Assembly: GCA_963835065.1 (NCBI GenBank) | Contig: CAWIEK010000053.1 | Span: 320,001-384,000 of the forward strand | Direction of reading: 5' to 3' | Length of the DNA stretch: 64,000 nucleotides | Origin: an uncultured Chthonomonadaceae bacterium | GTDB lineage: Bacteria > Armatimonadota > Chthonomonadetes > Chthonomonadales > Chthonomonadaceae | Position numbers and translations under genes: made by a program | In this document: positions 19,530 through 29,848 of the stretch, piece by piece | Layout: each line of letters opens with the position of its first letter | How positions within the stretch are numbered: position 1 is the stretch's first letter | Notes under the pieces: generated by a model | Seen by the model: the letters and a program-made list of their open reading frames with translations, nothing else | What the model was told of the DNA's origin: nothing | The model's database searches: none

Positions 19530-20870
19530 TTAGAAGCAAGGGGCGAAGAGCCGCCACAGCAAGGCCGGGTGCAGGACGTGGGCGGCGGGGCGCGTGTCGC
19601 CGAGGATTTGCAGCAGGCGGTCGGTCGCGCCGGGGAAGCGTTCCAGGCGACGCGCCAGGGAATTGAACAGCGCGGGCGTTCGGACGACGGTTTGCACCAG
19701 GTCAATGAGCAGGTAGCGGCGGGAAAGTTCCTGCCGCAGCGTGGCATACGGGCGCAGCGCGTTGCGAGACATATCGCCTGCCCGCAGCGCGGAATGGGCC
19801 ACTTCCGCCGCAAGCTGCGCGCCGCGCAGGCAGAAGTAAACGCCCTCGCCCGTAAACGGGTCAATAAACGTGGCCGCGTCTCCCACGAGCAGCGCGCCGT
19901 CGGCAAACGTGGAATGGGAGCGATGCCCGAAACAGCCCACAGCGCGAACATGAGGCTTGCGCGTGGCAACCGACAGCCGCGCCGCGAGATCGGGGAAATG
20001 CGCGTTTAAGGTCTGCTCGATCCATTCGTCCGCGCGTCCTGCCAATTGTGGCGCGTAAGAATTGGGAACCACAAAGGTTGTATTGGCGCAGGCGTTATTG
20101 TCGCTCTGGCTGCTATGATGGTCGCCGGGAAAGCCCAGGCCACAGACTAATGGCCCATGCGTTCGCATTTCAATGGTGTCGCGGCTGCCGCTGAAATCGC
20201 CGCGCCAGTGCGCAACGAGCGCGATCCGCTGCAAGCGTGGAATGGGTTTTACCAGATTCAGTTGACGGGCAACAAGAGAGTGCGCTCCATCCGCGCCGAC
20301 AACAAGCCGCGCCTTTAATGTACGCGATTCGCCCCCGCTGTTTTTGCCTGTCACGCCCGTCACGCTTCCATCATCATTCCGGCACAACTCGCGAACCGCA
20401 AACCCTTCCTCCACAATCACGCCTTTGTCCCGCGCGTGTTGGAGCAGGAGGGAGTCCAAAACGGTACGGCGCAGGGCATATCCTGCCGGCCCGCCCTCCA
20501 ACGGCGCGTGTTCCACCTGCCGTCCATCTGGCGCAACCAGAAGCGTCGCCCGCACTTCTCTCATCCCCTGTTCGCGCAGGGTTTCCCAAACACCAAGCTG
20601 CCGCAGCAAATGCGCCGCTTGGGGCGTTAAAAACTCGCCACACGCTTTATCTCGCGGAAAACGCGCCCGGTCCAGCAAGGCCACGCTCCATCCCGCTTCT
20701 GCCAGCCATGCCGCCGTCGCCGCCCCCGCCGGCCCGCCGCCAACGATAATCACATCAAAGGATGAAGGATGAAGGATGAAGGATAAAGGATGAGGATTTT
20801 CGATTTTCGATTGTCGATTGCCGATTGAATTTAGTGAATTGTTCATAGCGCCATCATGCTGTACCGGCAT
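19530..20870 (-). CDS. Geranylgeranyl reductase-like NAD(P)/FAD-dependent oxidoreductase
   Basis: DVIIVGGGPAG, FPRDKACG, VVGADG, LVGDAATFIDPFTGEG; start uncertain. Confidence 0.88.
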   Translation of the reverse strand: MPVQHDGAMNNSLNSIGNRQSKIENPHPLSFILHPSSFDVIIVGGGPAGAATAAWLAEAGWSVALLDRARFPRDKACGEFLTPQAAHLLRQLGVWETLREQGMREVRATLLVAPDGRQVEHAPLEGGPAGYALRRTVLDSLLLQHARDKGVIVEEGFAVRELCRNDDGSVTGVTGKNSGGESRTLKARLVVGADGAHSLVARQLNLVKPIPRLQRIALVAHWRGDFSGSRDTIEMRTHGPLVCGLGFPGDHHSSQSDNNACANTTFVVPNSYAPQLAGRADEWIEQTLNAHFPDLAARLSVATRKPHVRAVGCFGHRSHSTFADGALLVGDAATFIDPFTGEGVYFCLRGAQLAAEVAHSALRAGDMSRNALRPYATLRQELSRRYLLIDLVQTVVRTPALFNSLARRLERFPGATDRLLQILGDTRPAAHVLHPALLWRLFAPCF

Positions 20871-21662
20871 CTTCTGTCTTCTGTCTTCTGTCTTCTGCCT
20901 TTTCTCTTATAAGCGCCACGCGATAAAACAGGCTGCGCTTTAACTGCACTTCCTGCCCGACTGTCAGGCCGAGGGCGCGGGGCATGGCTTCGTATTCTTG
21001 GAGCGAATAGGCGCGCAAAACTGAGGCGGGCGCGTCGTGGCGCGTCAGGCGATTGACGCCCGCAACCGAAGTGACAAGCCGTATCAGATGCCAGGCTGAC
21101 CATGCGCGGCGCAGATCGTTGACGAGCCAGCCGCGCCGGGACACGCGCTCCATTTCGCGCAGGGCGTCCACGCACCGCGCCATTCCCCAATGGTGAAACG
21201 CAAGCGAACACAGCGCGTAATCGAACGCATTGTCCGCAACGGCAACTGAAACGCATCGCCGCGCATCAGGCGAATCGGAGTTAGATGCCCCACCTGTTCC
21301 CGCGCATAGCGTAAAATCGGCGGGCTGTAATCCAGGCCTACGATTTGGACAGGCACATCAAGTTTTCGGGCCATGTTGAGGAGCGAGTGAGGGATGTCGC
21401 CCGAACCGGTCGCCACATCCAGAAAGCGCAGGGGTTCGGCATCGCGCGTTGGGTCGCGCTTTTCCCGTTCCAGCCAGATACGCGCCTGCCGCGCAACCAC
21501 GACCGTGCCGCCCAGAAAGCGGTTGGCGCGGCGCACGTCGGACATGCTGGCGCGAAAATCCGCATACGGCTGCGCGTCATCGTCAATCAGCTCGGCAACA
21601 TCTATGCGCGGCGGCGTGTCCCAGGCAAGCAGCCTGTCCAATAGCAAGGGCAATGCCTCCAA
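20854..21662 (-). CDS. SAM-dependent methyltransferase, frame broken near 21238
   Basis: LDVATGSGD; adding one base restores LPFADNAFDY; C-terminal VNDLRR...TRHDAPASVLRAY. Confidence 0.85.
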
Positions 21663-21670
21663 TCAAGAGG

Positions 21671-21799
21671 GGTGTTCAGGTGTTCAGGTGTTCGGATGTT
21701 CAGGATATACAAAATCACCCAAGTTTACCTTAGCGCACAACGCTCTCAGTCGAACATCCGAACACCCGAACACCTGAACACCTGAATACCCGAACACCT
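21671..21799. repeat. Inverted octamer (GGTGTTCA)n element
   Basis: GGTGTTCAGGTGTTCAGGTGTTCGGATGTTC ... GAACATCCGAACACCCGAACACCTGAACACC. Confidence 0.9.
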
Positions 21800-22008
21800 G
21801 CCTAACCTATAGCACGCGCAGGGGAACGTTTCCGTTCCAAACCCGGCTACCGGGCTGGATGCTGCCGGACGGACATAGCATCCAAACTGACATTTAACTC
21901 CAACGCGCCGGTATTTACGGCAGGAAAAGGCGGCGATGTTCCCGACCGGGTAAAATATTTTGAAAAAAATGCGTGGATTTTGCGCATTTCTCCCAAAACT
22001 ACGCGATT

Positions 22009-22024
22009 TGGCATGGATTATGCA
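22009..22024 (+). promoter_or_regulatory. Putative sigma54 promoter
   Basis: TGGCATGGATTATGCA: GG-N10-GC spacing, upstream of a PEP-CTERM gene. Confidence 0.55.
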
Positions 22025-22422
22025 ATATACTTACTAACAGCGCGTTGCAGATTCCGGCTGTCGCGTGTGGGATGTGTTTTGAACATTTGGAAATTGATGT
22101 TTGCGGATGCGGGAACAAGCGGACAGTTTTACTCGTCGGACGCAGGCCGTCAATTTCTCAGTCGCAGTTTCTTTAGCGTTGTTTCCAATGTCGTCGTAAC
22201 TCTAAAGGAGTCTGCGTCTTTTCCCTGTCCCTAAGTGGACTGTCGCAGTCGTGACAGGTGTGTTTCTCACCATTTTGCATGGCTGCTCCGTCGGCGAACG
22301 GCGATTAAAAAGCCGATGCCATGCAGAACTTGTTTGACAAAGCAGTAATTATTTCCAACTGATCCGAACATGAGGTCGGGTCCTGTCTCGCAGTCTTGCA
22401 CTTGAGACGAAAGGGTTTTTGA

Positions 22423-23076
22423 ATGAAAGTACGTAATTTGTTTGTACCCGTAGTAGCGGGCCTCTTGCTGAGTGGCGCTGCCGTGAGCCAGGCTCAGACG
22501 TTCACCTTCTCGACCAGTAACACTGCGGCGAGTGTCGGCACAGCTCCCAATGGTGGCACAACCGTAACCTTCCCGGGGTCGGCTTCCGTTTTCGGCACGG
22601 GCGATGCAACGGCTTTCTTCCTTGACACGCCCGGTGGCGGCACTACTACGGCCCAGACTCCCACCAACATCCGGGTGTTCACCATTACGCCGGAGGGCAC
22701 GACGGGGACGGCCGCGTTCAACGATACGTTTAATCTCGCCGTCACCCTCTTGTCAGACAGCGGCACGGGCGTTTTCAACTTCACAGGCCTGAATTTTCAG
22801 GGTACGCTCGACAACACAGGTAACCGAGCTGACAACGTGTTCTTCAGCAACGTTCCGAACAACATCATCTCGCAGAACCTGGGTGGCGTTATATACTCCG
22901 TTCAGCTCATCGGCAATACGCCTCCCGGCATTTCCGGGAATAACACGTCTGACGGCACCATTGCCGCGCGCGTAACCGCGGTTGCCGTACCTGAGCCGGG
23001 CAGCGTCGCTCTGATGATCGGCATGGGCATCAGTGGCAGCGCGTTCGTAATGCGCCGCCGCCGCGCCGTCAAATAG
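22423..23076 (+). CDS. PEP-CTERM sorting domain protein
   Basis: Signal peptide; C-terminal VPEPGS + hydrophobic helix + RRRR. Confidence 0.92.
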   Translation: MKVRNLFVPVVAGLLLSGAAVSQAQTFTFSTSNTAASVGTAPNGGTTVTFPGSASVFGTGDATAFFLDTPGGGTTTAQTPTNIRVFTITPEGTTGTAAFNDTFNLAVTLLSDSGTGVFNFTGLNFQGTLDNTGNRADNVFFSNVPNNIISQNLGGVIYSVQLIGNTPPGISGNNTSDGTIAARVTAVAVPEPGSVALMIGMGISGSAFVMRRRRAVK

Positions 23077-23129
23077 GTTCCTTACGTTATTGTTCTTTGG
23101 CAGCAAAGAATAATCGCCTCGGAACTTTC

Positions 23130-23165
23130 ACTCCTCCCTTCGGCAACGCGGGGAGGAGTTTTTTT
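23130..23165 (+). terminator. Rho-independent terminator
   Basis: ACTCCTCCC...GGGAGGAGT followed by a T run. Confidence 0.8.
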
Positions 23166-23333
23166 ATTTGATTCTGCTTCTAACATTCCGCAAAATGAAC
23201 TTATTTCTTTCTTGATGTGTTATGTTGTCCATAGCATCAGCGTTCAGGAGCAATCCGAAGCAAATGCCTGTAGAAGCCGCCGCCGAACAATGTCGTTGGA
23301 GCAGCGCAATAGAACACATAAGGAGCAGGAAAC

Positions 23334-23549
23334 ATGTGGCATCAAATCGCAGAGGACAATACCGAGGAAGTGTATCTCGCGGGCGAGAAAGTTCTGCCCG
23401 GACTGTACCGGCAGGTTGGCAGTATGCGCGAAGTTCGTCTGGAAACGGAAGATTGTTTGCCCGCCAGCCTGGATGGGCGCGTGGCCTGCTATATGCGGGT
23501 CAATCATACCTGGGCGCAACGGACGCGCCAACATACGCAACGCGCCTAA
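23334..23549 (+). CDS. Small hypothetical protein (71 aa)
   Basis: AAGGAG RBS; globular-looking GEKVLPGLYRQ...LPASLDGRVACY. Confidence 0.6.
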   Translation: MWHQIAEDNTEEVYLAGEKVLPGLYRQVGSMREVRLETEDCLPASLDGRVACYMRVNHTWAQRTRQHTQRA

Positions 23550-23570
23550 TCCCTGTACTCCCGTTTCGCA

Positions 23571-24882
23571 TCAGTTCAGCAGCAGAACTTGAACGCGCTG
23601 TCCCTTGCGTATTTCCTCTGCCTCTTCGGGAACGATGAGCAGGGAATTAGCGAGGGACAGCGCCTGCAAATTGGCCGAACTGCGCCCGGCAAGCGGTTGC
23701 GTCAGATAGCGCCCGTCCTTCCATTCCGTTCGGGCGCGGACGTATTCTCGCCTGCCGGGAATGTGCGCGATGGTTTCGGTGATTTCCGCTTCAACTTGCG
23801 GGCGCTGCCAGGTTTCCGCTGCCCGCCCCGCCATTTTTGCCAGCGCAGGGCGCGCGAATAATTCAAACGTCACCTGCGCGGATACGGGGTTGCCGGGCAA
23901 TCCAAAAAACAGCGCGTTGCCGATGCGCCCAAACGCAAGCGGCTTGCCCGGTTTCATCGCCACGCGCCACAATTCCAATGTGCCGAGTGTTTCCAGCGCG
24001 GGCTTAACAAAATCCCGGTCGCCAACGGAAACCCCGCCCGCCGTAACAATCACATCCGCTCCATCCTCGTTCCCTGCTCCTGCGCCACCCACCTGGCTTC
24101 CACCTGTTTCCATTCCCTGCGCTTTGTCGGCATCCGCTCGCAGGCCCGCGCACTCGCGCAACACAGCCAGCGTAGCCTCGAAATCGTCTTTCACATGCCG
24201 CCGGGAATGAACTTCCGCGCCACACTCGCGCGCCAGCGCGGCAAGCGCATAACTGTTGCTGTTGCGAATCTGGCCCGGTTTGGGAATCGTTCCCTGCTCC
24301 AACTCCACAACCTCATCCCCGGTAGAGATTACGGCAACGCGCGGCAGGCGCACAACTTGAACATTTGCGCGTCCCATCGAAGCCAACAATCCGATCTGCG
24401 CCGCGCCAATGCGCGTTCCCGCTTCCAACACCCGCTCACCGGCGCGTATGTCCTCGCCCGCATACCGCGCATGCTCCCCTGCCCCCACCCCGCAACGCAT
24501 AGCAATTCGTTCTGCATTTTCTGCTTGAACCGTTGCCGTATCTTCCACCATGATGACCGCGTTGGCTCCGCGTGGCAGGGGAGCGCCCGTCATAATGCGC
24601 GCGCACTCGCCCGGTTCCACAACGATCTTCGGCCACACGCCCGCCATGATTTCCGCCACGCACGTCAGGACAACCGGCGTTGCTGCGCTTGCGCCCTCCA
24701 CATCTTCGCTGCGAACCGCATACCCATCAACAGCCGAATTGTCAAACGGCGGCTGTGGGAATGTCCGCAACAATGTCTTCGGCCAATGTCCGGCCCAGGC
24801 TGTCCAGCAGGGACACGGTTTCGGCTGGCAATACGGGCGTCGCCGCCAAAATCTGCGCAAGCGCTTGTTCTACTGTTACCAA
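23571..24882 (-). CDS. moeA: Molybdopterin molybdotransferase, frame broken near 24758
   Basis: PPFDNSAVDGYAV, IMTGAPLP, STGDEV, GGVSVGDRD, MKPGKP, LPGNPVS; N-terminus MVTVEQALAQIL in another frame. Confidence 0.93.
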
Positions 24883-25028
24883 TTAGAGTGTTTTTCCTTT
24901 AAGAACAGGGTTAAGAAACTTTCAAAACACCGCAAGCCTCCCGCATGATACGGAAGGCTTGCTATTTGCTTATGTGAGGCATAAAAAATGTGGTTGCCGC
25001 TTACGTAAGAGCGTTGGGAGACAAGTCT

Positions 25029-25496
25029 TTATCCAGATTGGTCAGGTGGCTCAACCTGTGCAAGTGACTGCACATCCAGCAAGTCTTGTGGACGCCCTGC
25101 TGCCTACTTGGATGCGATCAAGTCACGCCGCGAGATAAATGGAATTCGCATACCGCCGAAGTCGGCTTCTTCTCGCCGCTCCCACGCCTCCGCGAACGCC
25201 ACACCGGGTATGCCCATCAGCACGTCTACCCGCAACGGCGGCACACCCATCTGGTAGAAGTAGCCGTCTTCGGCAAAATCCTGCTCTGTCAACCCTTTTA
25301 GCGGAGCGCCGAATGCGCGCAGCGCCTGGAAGACAGCGCGGGCATTGTCTGCATCTGCGCGTACCCACAGATCAAGGTCTTTGGTATAGCGCGGCTCTGT
25401 GTAGCGAATAACCGCATAGCCGCCAATGACAAGATAGTCAACGTGGTAAGCGTTGAAAAGATTCAACAGATCGCTGAATTCGGAGTTGACCCACAT
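25029..25496 (-). pseudogene. Small nucleotidyltransferase with an in-frame TAG at 25104-25106
   Basis: YLVIGGYAV...PRYTKDLDLW; frame continues IASK*AAGRPQDLLDV to TAA at 25029. Confidence 0.7.
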
Positions 25497-25644
25497 CGCT
25501 TCCCTTCATTTGCCAAGCCATGACCACCAGTTCCCAAGCAGCAGCAAACCGAGCCGCTTCCGGTTGTGCCTGCCAAAAGTTCAAATCAAAGGAACGGTCG
25601 AGTTCTTCCAGCCTGCCGAAACGTTCAACAAACCCGGCCCTCAT
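25438..25644 (-). CDS. 68-aa protein overlapping the nucleotidyltransferase (putative partner/antitoxin)
   Basis: AGGAG RBS; DLNFWQAQ...RFAAAWELV...LRIQRSV. Confidence 0.65.
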   Translation of the reverse strand: MRAGFVERFGRLEELDRSFDLNFWQAQPEAARFAAAWELVVMAWQMKGSDVGQLRIQRSVESFQRLPR

Positions 25645-25747
25645 TCTTGTCGTCTCCTGCGCAAATTACGCCTCATTTGCGCCGCTCATCCGCTTATATG
25701 GGCGGCGCAAATATTTATGCCGGTGGTATTTTCATGGTAACGCAGCC

Positions 25748-27091
25748 TCAGCCGAAAAGTTCGCGGATTACGCTGCCGTCGTTGGCGAGTTTGATGGGGC
25801 GTCCGGTGGGCGTGACGTATTCCTTGTTGGGGTCGAGGCCGACGGAATGGTACAGGCTGGCGGCAATGTCTTCGACATGCACGATGCGCGAAGCCGGTCC
25901 CATGCCCCGCTCGTCCGTGCTGCCGACAACCTGCCCGCCCTTCACGCCGCCGCCCGCCATGACAACCGACATCGCGTTGGGCCAGTGGTCGCGGCCCTGA
26001 TTCATGTTCAGTTCCGGCGTCCTCCCGAACTCGCCCATCCAGACAACCAGCGTCGTGTCCAGCATCCCCCGGTCGTGCAGGTCGCGCAATAGTGTTGCAA
26101 AACCTTGATCCAGCGAGGGCAGCATCCCGTTTTGCAGGCTTGGGAAGACGTTCGTGTGCATGTCCCACCCGCCCAGGGTGATGTTGACGAAGCGAACGCC
26201 CGATTCGATCAAGCGCCGCGCCAGCAGGCAGGATTGCCCGAAGCCGTTGCGCCCATACTCGTCGCGCAGTTTGGCGTCTTCCTTGCCCAGTTCAAACGCC
26301 TCGTGCGCGGCCTTGCTCGTGACCATGCCATACGCGCGGTCCGTGAACGTATCCATACTCTTGACCGCGTCGCTTTTGGCGTTTTTCAGGCTGTCAATCG
26401 CGCCGAGCAGACGGCGGCGGCGATCCAAACGCGCAACGGAAACGCCATTGGGCAGTTGAATGTCGCCCACCTGGTAGTTCGGGTCGCCGGGGTTGCCCGC
26501 ATAGAAAGCGTTGTAGGAGCCGCCCAAAAAGCCCGCGCCCTGTCCGTTCGCGCCGCCGAGCAGGCCGACATACGCGGGCAGGTTGTTTTGCGCGCCCTTT
26601 TCCCGCGAAATCACGGAGCCGTAGGAGGGGTATTCCAGCGTGGGCAGGGGCAGGTAGCCCGTCTGCATGTAGTGTTCCGCCCGCTCATGCGCGCCGTCAC
26701 CGTGCGACACGCTGCGCAGAATCGCCATTTTGTCCATCTGCCGCGCCAGTTTGGGCAAATGCTCACCAATGAAAATGCCCGGCACATTCGTTTCCGTCGC
26801 CTCGAACGGACCTTTGATTTTCACATCGGCTTTGGGCTTGGGGTCAAATGTATCCACGTGGCTAGGCCCGCCGCCCATCCACAGCATAATGACCGAAACT
26901 TCTTTGGCTTGCCGCTTGCCGCCTGTCGCTGGCCGATTGGTTTCTGCCGCATGGGCTTTGAGCGCGAGGAACTCCGGCAGGGCCATGCCCAAAAAGCCCA
27001 CCGCGCCAACCTTGATCATGTCTCGGCGCGTCACGCCGTCGCAAGTGCTGTCGAGATACGAACCAAACTGACGCAGTTCTTTGTTGTCCAT
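25748..27091 (-). CDS. DUF1501 domain protein
   Basis: TRRDMIKVG, WMGGGPSHVDTFDPKP, CLLARRLIESGVRFV, GEFGRTP, GRDHW. Confidence 0.92.
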   Translation of the reverse strand: MDNKELRQFGSYLDSTCDGVTRRDMIKVGAVGFLGMALPEFLALKAHAAETNRPATGGKRQAKEVSVIMLWMGGGPSHVDTFDPKPKADVKIKGPFEATETNVPGIFIGEHLPKLARQMDKMAILRSVSHGDGAHERAEHYMQTGYLPLPTLEYPSYGSVISREKGAQNNLPAYVGLLGGANGQGAGFLGGSYNAFYAGNPGDPNYQVGDIQLPNGVSVARLDRRRRLLGAIDSLKNAKSDAVKSMDTFTDRAYGMVTSKAAHEAFELGKEDAKLRDEYGRNGFGQSCLLARRLIESGVRFVNITLGGWDMHTNVFPSLQNGMLPSLDQGFATLLRDLHDRGMLDTTLVVWMGEFGRTPELNMNQGRDHWPNAMSVVMAGGGVKGGQVVGSTDERGMGPASRIVHVEDIAASLYHSVGLDPNKEYVTPTGRPIKLANDGSVIRELFG

Positions 27092-27103
27092 GGAGGTCTC
27101 CGA

Positions 27104-27226
27104 AGTAGTCAGTAGTCAGTAGTCAGTAGTCAGTAGAGATGCCTGCTCATTCAAAGCCTTGTGCAGAGCGATAGAATGAATAGGAATGGAATTTCTACTG
27201 ACTACTGACTACTGACTACTGACTAC
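27104..27226 (-). repeat. (AGTAGTC)4 inverted heptamer element
   Basis: Arms 27104-27137 and 27194-27226; loop related to those at 51551 and 54843 but reversed. Confidence 0.93.
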
Positions 27227-27229
27227 CTC

Positions 27230-29848
27230 CTAATGATTAAACAGAAATTCCTTCGTGTTAAGCATAACCCACATCAAATCTTCGTAGCCTTCTTTGGGCG
27301 AGGGCGCTTTGGCGATGTAATCGGCGGCTTCTTTGCGCTCCTTGTCGGTGGGGAAGCGGGCGAGGCTTGACAGATACATCTCGTCCAGAATGGCCTTGTC
27401 GCTGCGGTCTCCCAGGCGGGCGATCAGTTTGGCGATGCGCCCGTTCGGGTCGGCGATTTTGTTGTTGAGCGTCGGGCCATTCATCATGGCAAGCGCCTGC
27501 GACATAGACGTTTCCTGGCTGCGCTCGTACACTTGCAGCCGGCTGCTGCGCCCAAACACGTCCAGAAAGCCGCTTGGCACGCGGTTGTCGGCCAGATTAA
27601 TGGCGCGCGTTTTGTAGGGCAGGCCGGGGAACGGCTCGTAAATGTCGGTGGCGATGCAGATGGAATCGAGCAGTTGTTCCGGGCCGAGCCGCTTGAGCGG
27701 GTAGTGGCTGAAGTTCTTGCCGTCTTCCGCGTTGGTGCTGTTGGGCGTGGAACTCAACTGGTACACGCGGGAATTGCAGATCACGCGCGTCAAATGCTTC
27801 ATATCATAGCCGTGCTTGACGAAATCTTCGGCCAGATTGTCCAGCAGGGGTATGTTGATGGGCGGGTTGGTGGCGCGGAAATCGTCGGCGGGGTGGACAA
27901 TGCCGCGTCCGAAGAACTGCTTCCAGATGCGGTTGACGGTCGCTTTGGCAAAAAACGGATTGTCTTTGGCCGTAATCCATTCCGCGAGTTTCACGCGCAG
28001 GTCGCCTTTGGCGTTGGCAATCGGCTGCTCTTCCGTAATGAACTTGGGCGCCATGACCTGCTGCGTCCGCAGTTGCCGCACTTCGCCGTTGTCATCGCAG
28101 TAGACCATCGCCTCGTCTTTTTGCTGGCCGTCATTGACATGTGTTTTGGCGAAGAACGCGGCCATGCCATAATAATCGTCCTGACTCCAGCGGTCGAACG
28201 GGTGGTTGTGGCATCGGCAGCACTCCAGGCGAACGCCCAGAAACATCTGGCTGGTGCTTGTCGTCAGGTCGGCGGGATCATCGGTCACTTTGTAATAGTT
28301 GGCGGTTGCGGTTTCGTTGTGGTAGTTGCTGCCGCTTCCCGTAAGCAGTTCGCGCACAAACTGGTCGAACGGCTTATTTTCCGCGAAGCTGTTGCGGATA
28401 TAGGCGGTATAAGCGCGGACGCCGTCTTCCTTGAGCAGCGTGCTGGTGTTGCGCAGCAGGTCGCTCCAGATGATCGTTTGGTAGTCCTTGTATTCGGGAC
28501 GTTCCAGCAGTTCATCAATCAGTTTGGCGCGCTTATCGCTTTCCTTACTTTCGATGAACTCGCGCACGGCTCCCGGCATGGGCGGCGTGCCAATGATGTC
28601 GAAGTACACGCGGCGGATAAACGTGGCATCGTCGCACAACTCGGACGGGATCATGTTCAGCGTTTTCACTTTGGCGAACACGGCCTCGTCAACGAAGTTG
28701 TTGGTAGGAATTTTGGGATAATTGGCAAGCGGAGCCTGCGGCTGCACCACAACGGTTGACAGTCCCACTTTACCCGCGAACCGGATCATCAGGTTGGCTT
28801 CGCCCCGGCGCAGCGCGACCAGTTTGCCCACGCTGTTGACCTGGGCAATGCCGTCGTCGTCGCAGGCAAAGCGGGCAAAGGGCGTCACGTCGCGTTCGCT
28901 GCCGTCGCTGTATTTCGCCAAAACGATAATCTGGTGCTTGGAATTGGCCTGTTTAATCAGGCGGCTGCCGGGGATCACGTCCAGACCGGTGATTTTGGGA
29001 ACGGCAACGGCTTTCGCGGCATCGCCGCCGAACGCGGCCAGTTTCACGCCGGATTTTCGCGCGGCTTCAGCCTGCTGCACGGCTTTGGGCTTGAACGGCG
29101 CTCCCGCCCGCAGCCATGCGGCAAACACGCGGGCTTCCGGGCCGTTGGGATCGAACCGCTTGCCGCCGCCGTGTCCCGCGAGGTTCGTGGGCTTGCGGAA
29201 AAACAGGCTTTGCATCGGGTTTTTAGCGTCCACGCGCCTGCCGTTCGCGCCCTTGACGATGGTTTCCCAATCCTTTTGCGCCTCGTAGCCGAAGAAACTG
29301 AATTTCAAGCCACCCTGCCCCTGCGGTGCGCCGTGACACGCGCTGCCCGTGCAGCCGTTCTTGACCAAAATCGGCGTAATGGCGGTTTCAAAGCCCAGGT
29401 TGGCATCGGTTTTGCTGTTCTTGACGACCAGTTTGGCTTTGGCCGTGCGCCCGCCCGCATTGACCGTCACTTCAGCCGCGCCGTCACCCACCGGATAGGC
29501 AACGCCGTCCTTATCCACGCGAACCACACCGGAATTGGACGAACTGAATGTCGCGCCCTCCGTCAAATCGCGCTGGCTGCCATCCGTCGCCTGCCCCACT
29601 GCCGCGAGAGTTTGAAAGGCATAGGAGCCATCCAGCGTCGCCTGCGCGGGTTCCAAAACGACATTCTTAATAGGGGCGACAGACGCGGAAGCAGCAGGAG
29701 CGGCGTTCGATTTATGCGCCACAGGACCGGCAAGGCTGCCGGCTGCCACAAGGGCAAGCGCCGCCAATGTCAGCACGGGAGCGATGCGCGGACGCGCCAA
29801 AAGACGCGCGCGCTCCGCAGGGACGGAAGAGGATTTCAGAACCGCCAT
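27230..29848 (-). CDS. DUF1549/DUF1553 protein with Ig-like domains
   Basis: GCTGSACHG, FIRRVYFD, FLGVRLECCRCHNHPFDRW, VNRIW..FFGRG, KEFLFNH; AGGAGG RBS. Confidence 0.92.
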   Translation of the reverse strand: MAVLKSSSVPAERARLLARPRIAPVLTLAALALVAAGSLAGPVAHKSNAAPAASASVAPIKNVVLEPAQATLDGSYAFQTLAAVGQATDGSQRDLTEGATFSSSNSGVVRVDKDGVAYPVGDGAAEVTVNAGGRTAKAKLVVKNSKTDANLGFETAITPILVKNGCTGSACHGAPQGQGGLKFSFFGYEAQKDWETIVKGANGRRVDAKNPMQSLFFRKPTNLAGHGGGKRFDPNGPEARVFAAWLRAGAPFKPKAVQQAEAARKSGVKLAAFGGDAAKAVAVPKITGLDVIPGSRLIKQANSKHQIIVLAKYSDGSERDVTPFARFACDDDGIAQVNSVGKLVALRRGEANLMIRFAGKVGLSTVVVQPQAPLANYPKIPTNNFVDEAVFAKVKTLNMIPSELCDDATFIRRVYFDIIGTPPMPGAVREFIESKESDKRAKLIDELLERPEYKDYQTIIWSDLLRNTSTLLKEDGVRAYTAYIRNSFAENKPFDQFVRELLTGSGSNYHNETATANYYKVTDDPADLTTSTSQMFLGVRLECCRCHNHPFDRWSQDDYYGMAAFFAKTHVNDGQQKDEAMVYCDDNGEVRQLRTQQVMAPKFITEEQPIANAKGDLRVKLAEWITAKDNPFFAKATVNRIWKQFFGRGIVHPADDFRATNPPINIPLLDNLAEDFVKHGYDMKHLTRVICNSRVYQLSSTPNSTNAEDGKNFSHYPLKRLGPEQLLDSICIATDIYEPFPGLPYKTRAINLADNRVPSGFLDVFGRSSRLQVYERSQETSMSQALAMMNGPTLNNKIADPNGRIAKLIARLGDRSDKAILDEMYLSSLARFPTDKERKEAADYIAKAPSPKEGYEDLMWVMLNTKEFLFNH

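Noticed and set aside
25104..25106. Amber recoding or pyrrolysine
   Set aside because: TAG terminates many other genes in the window normally; a single case
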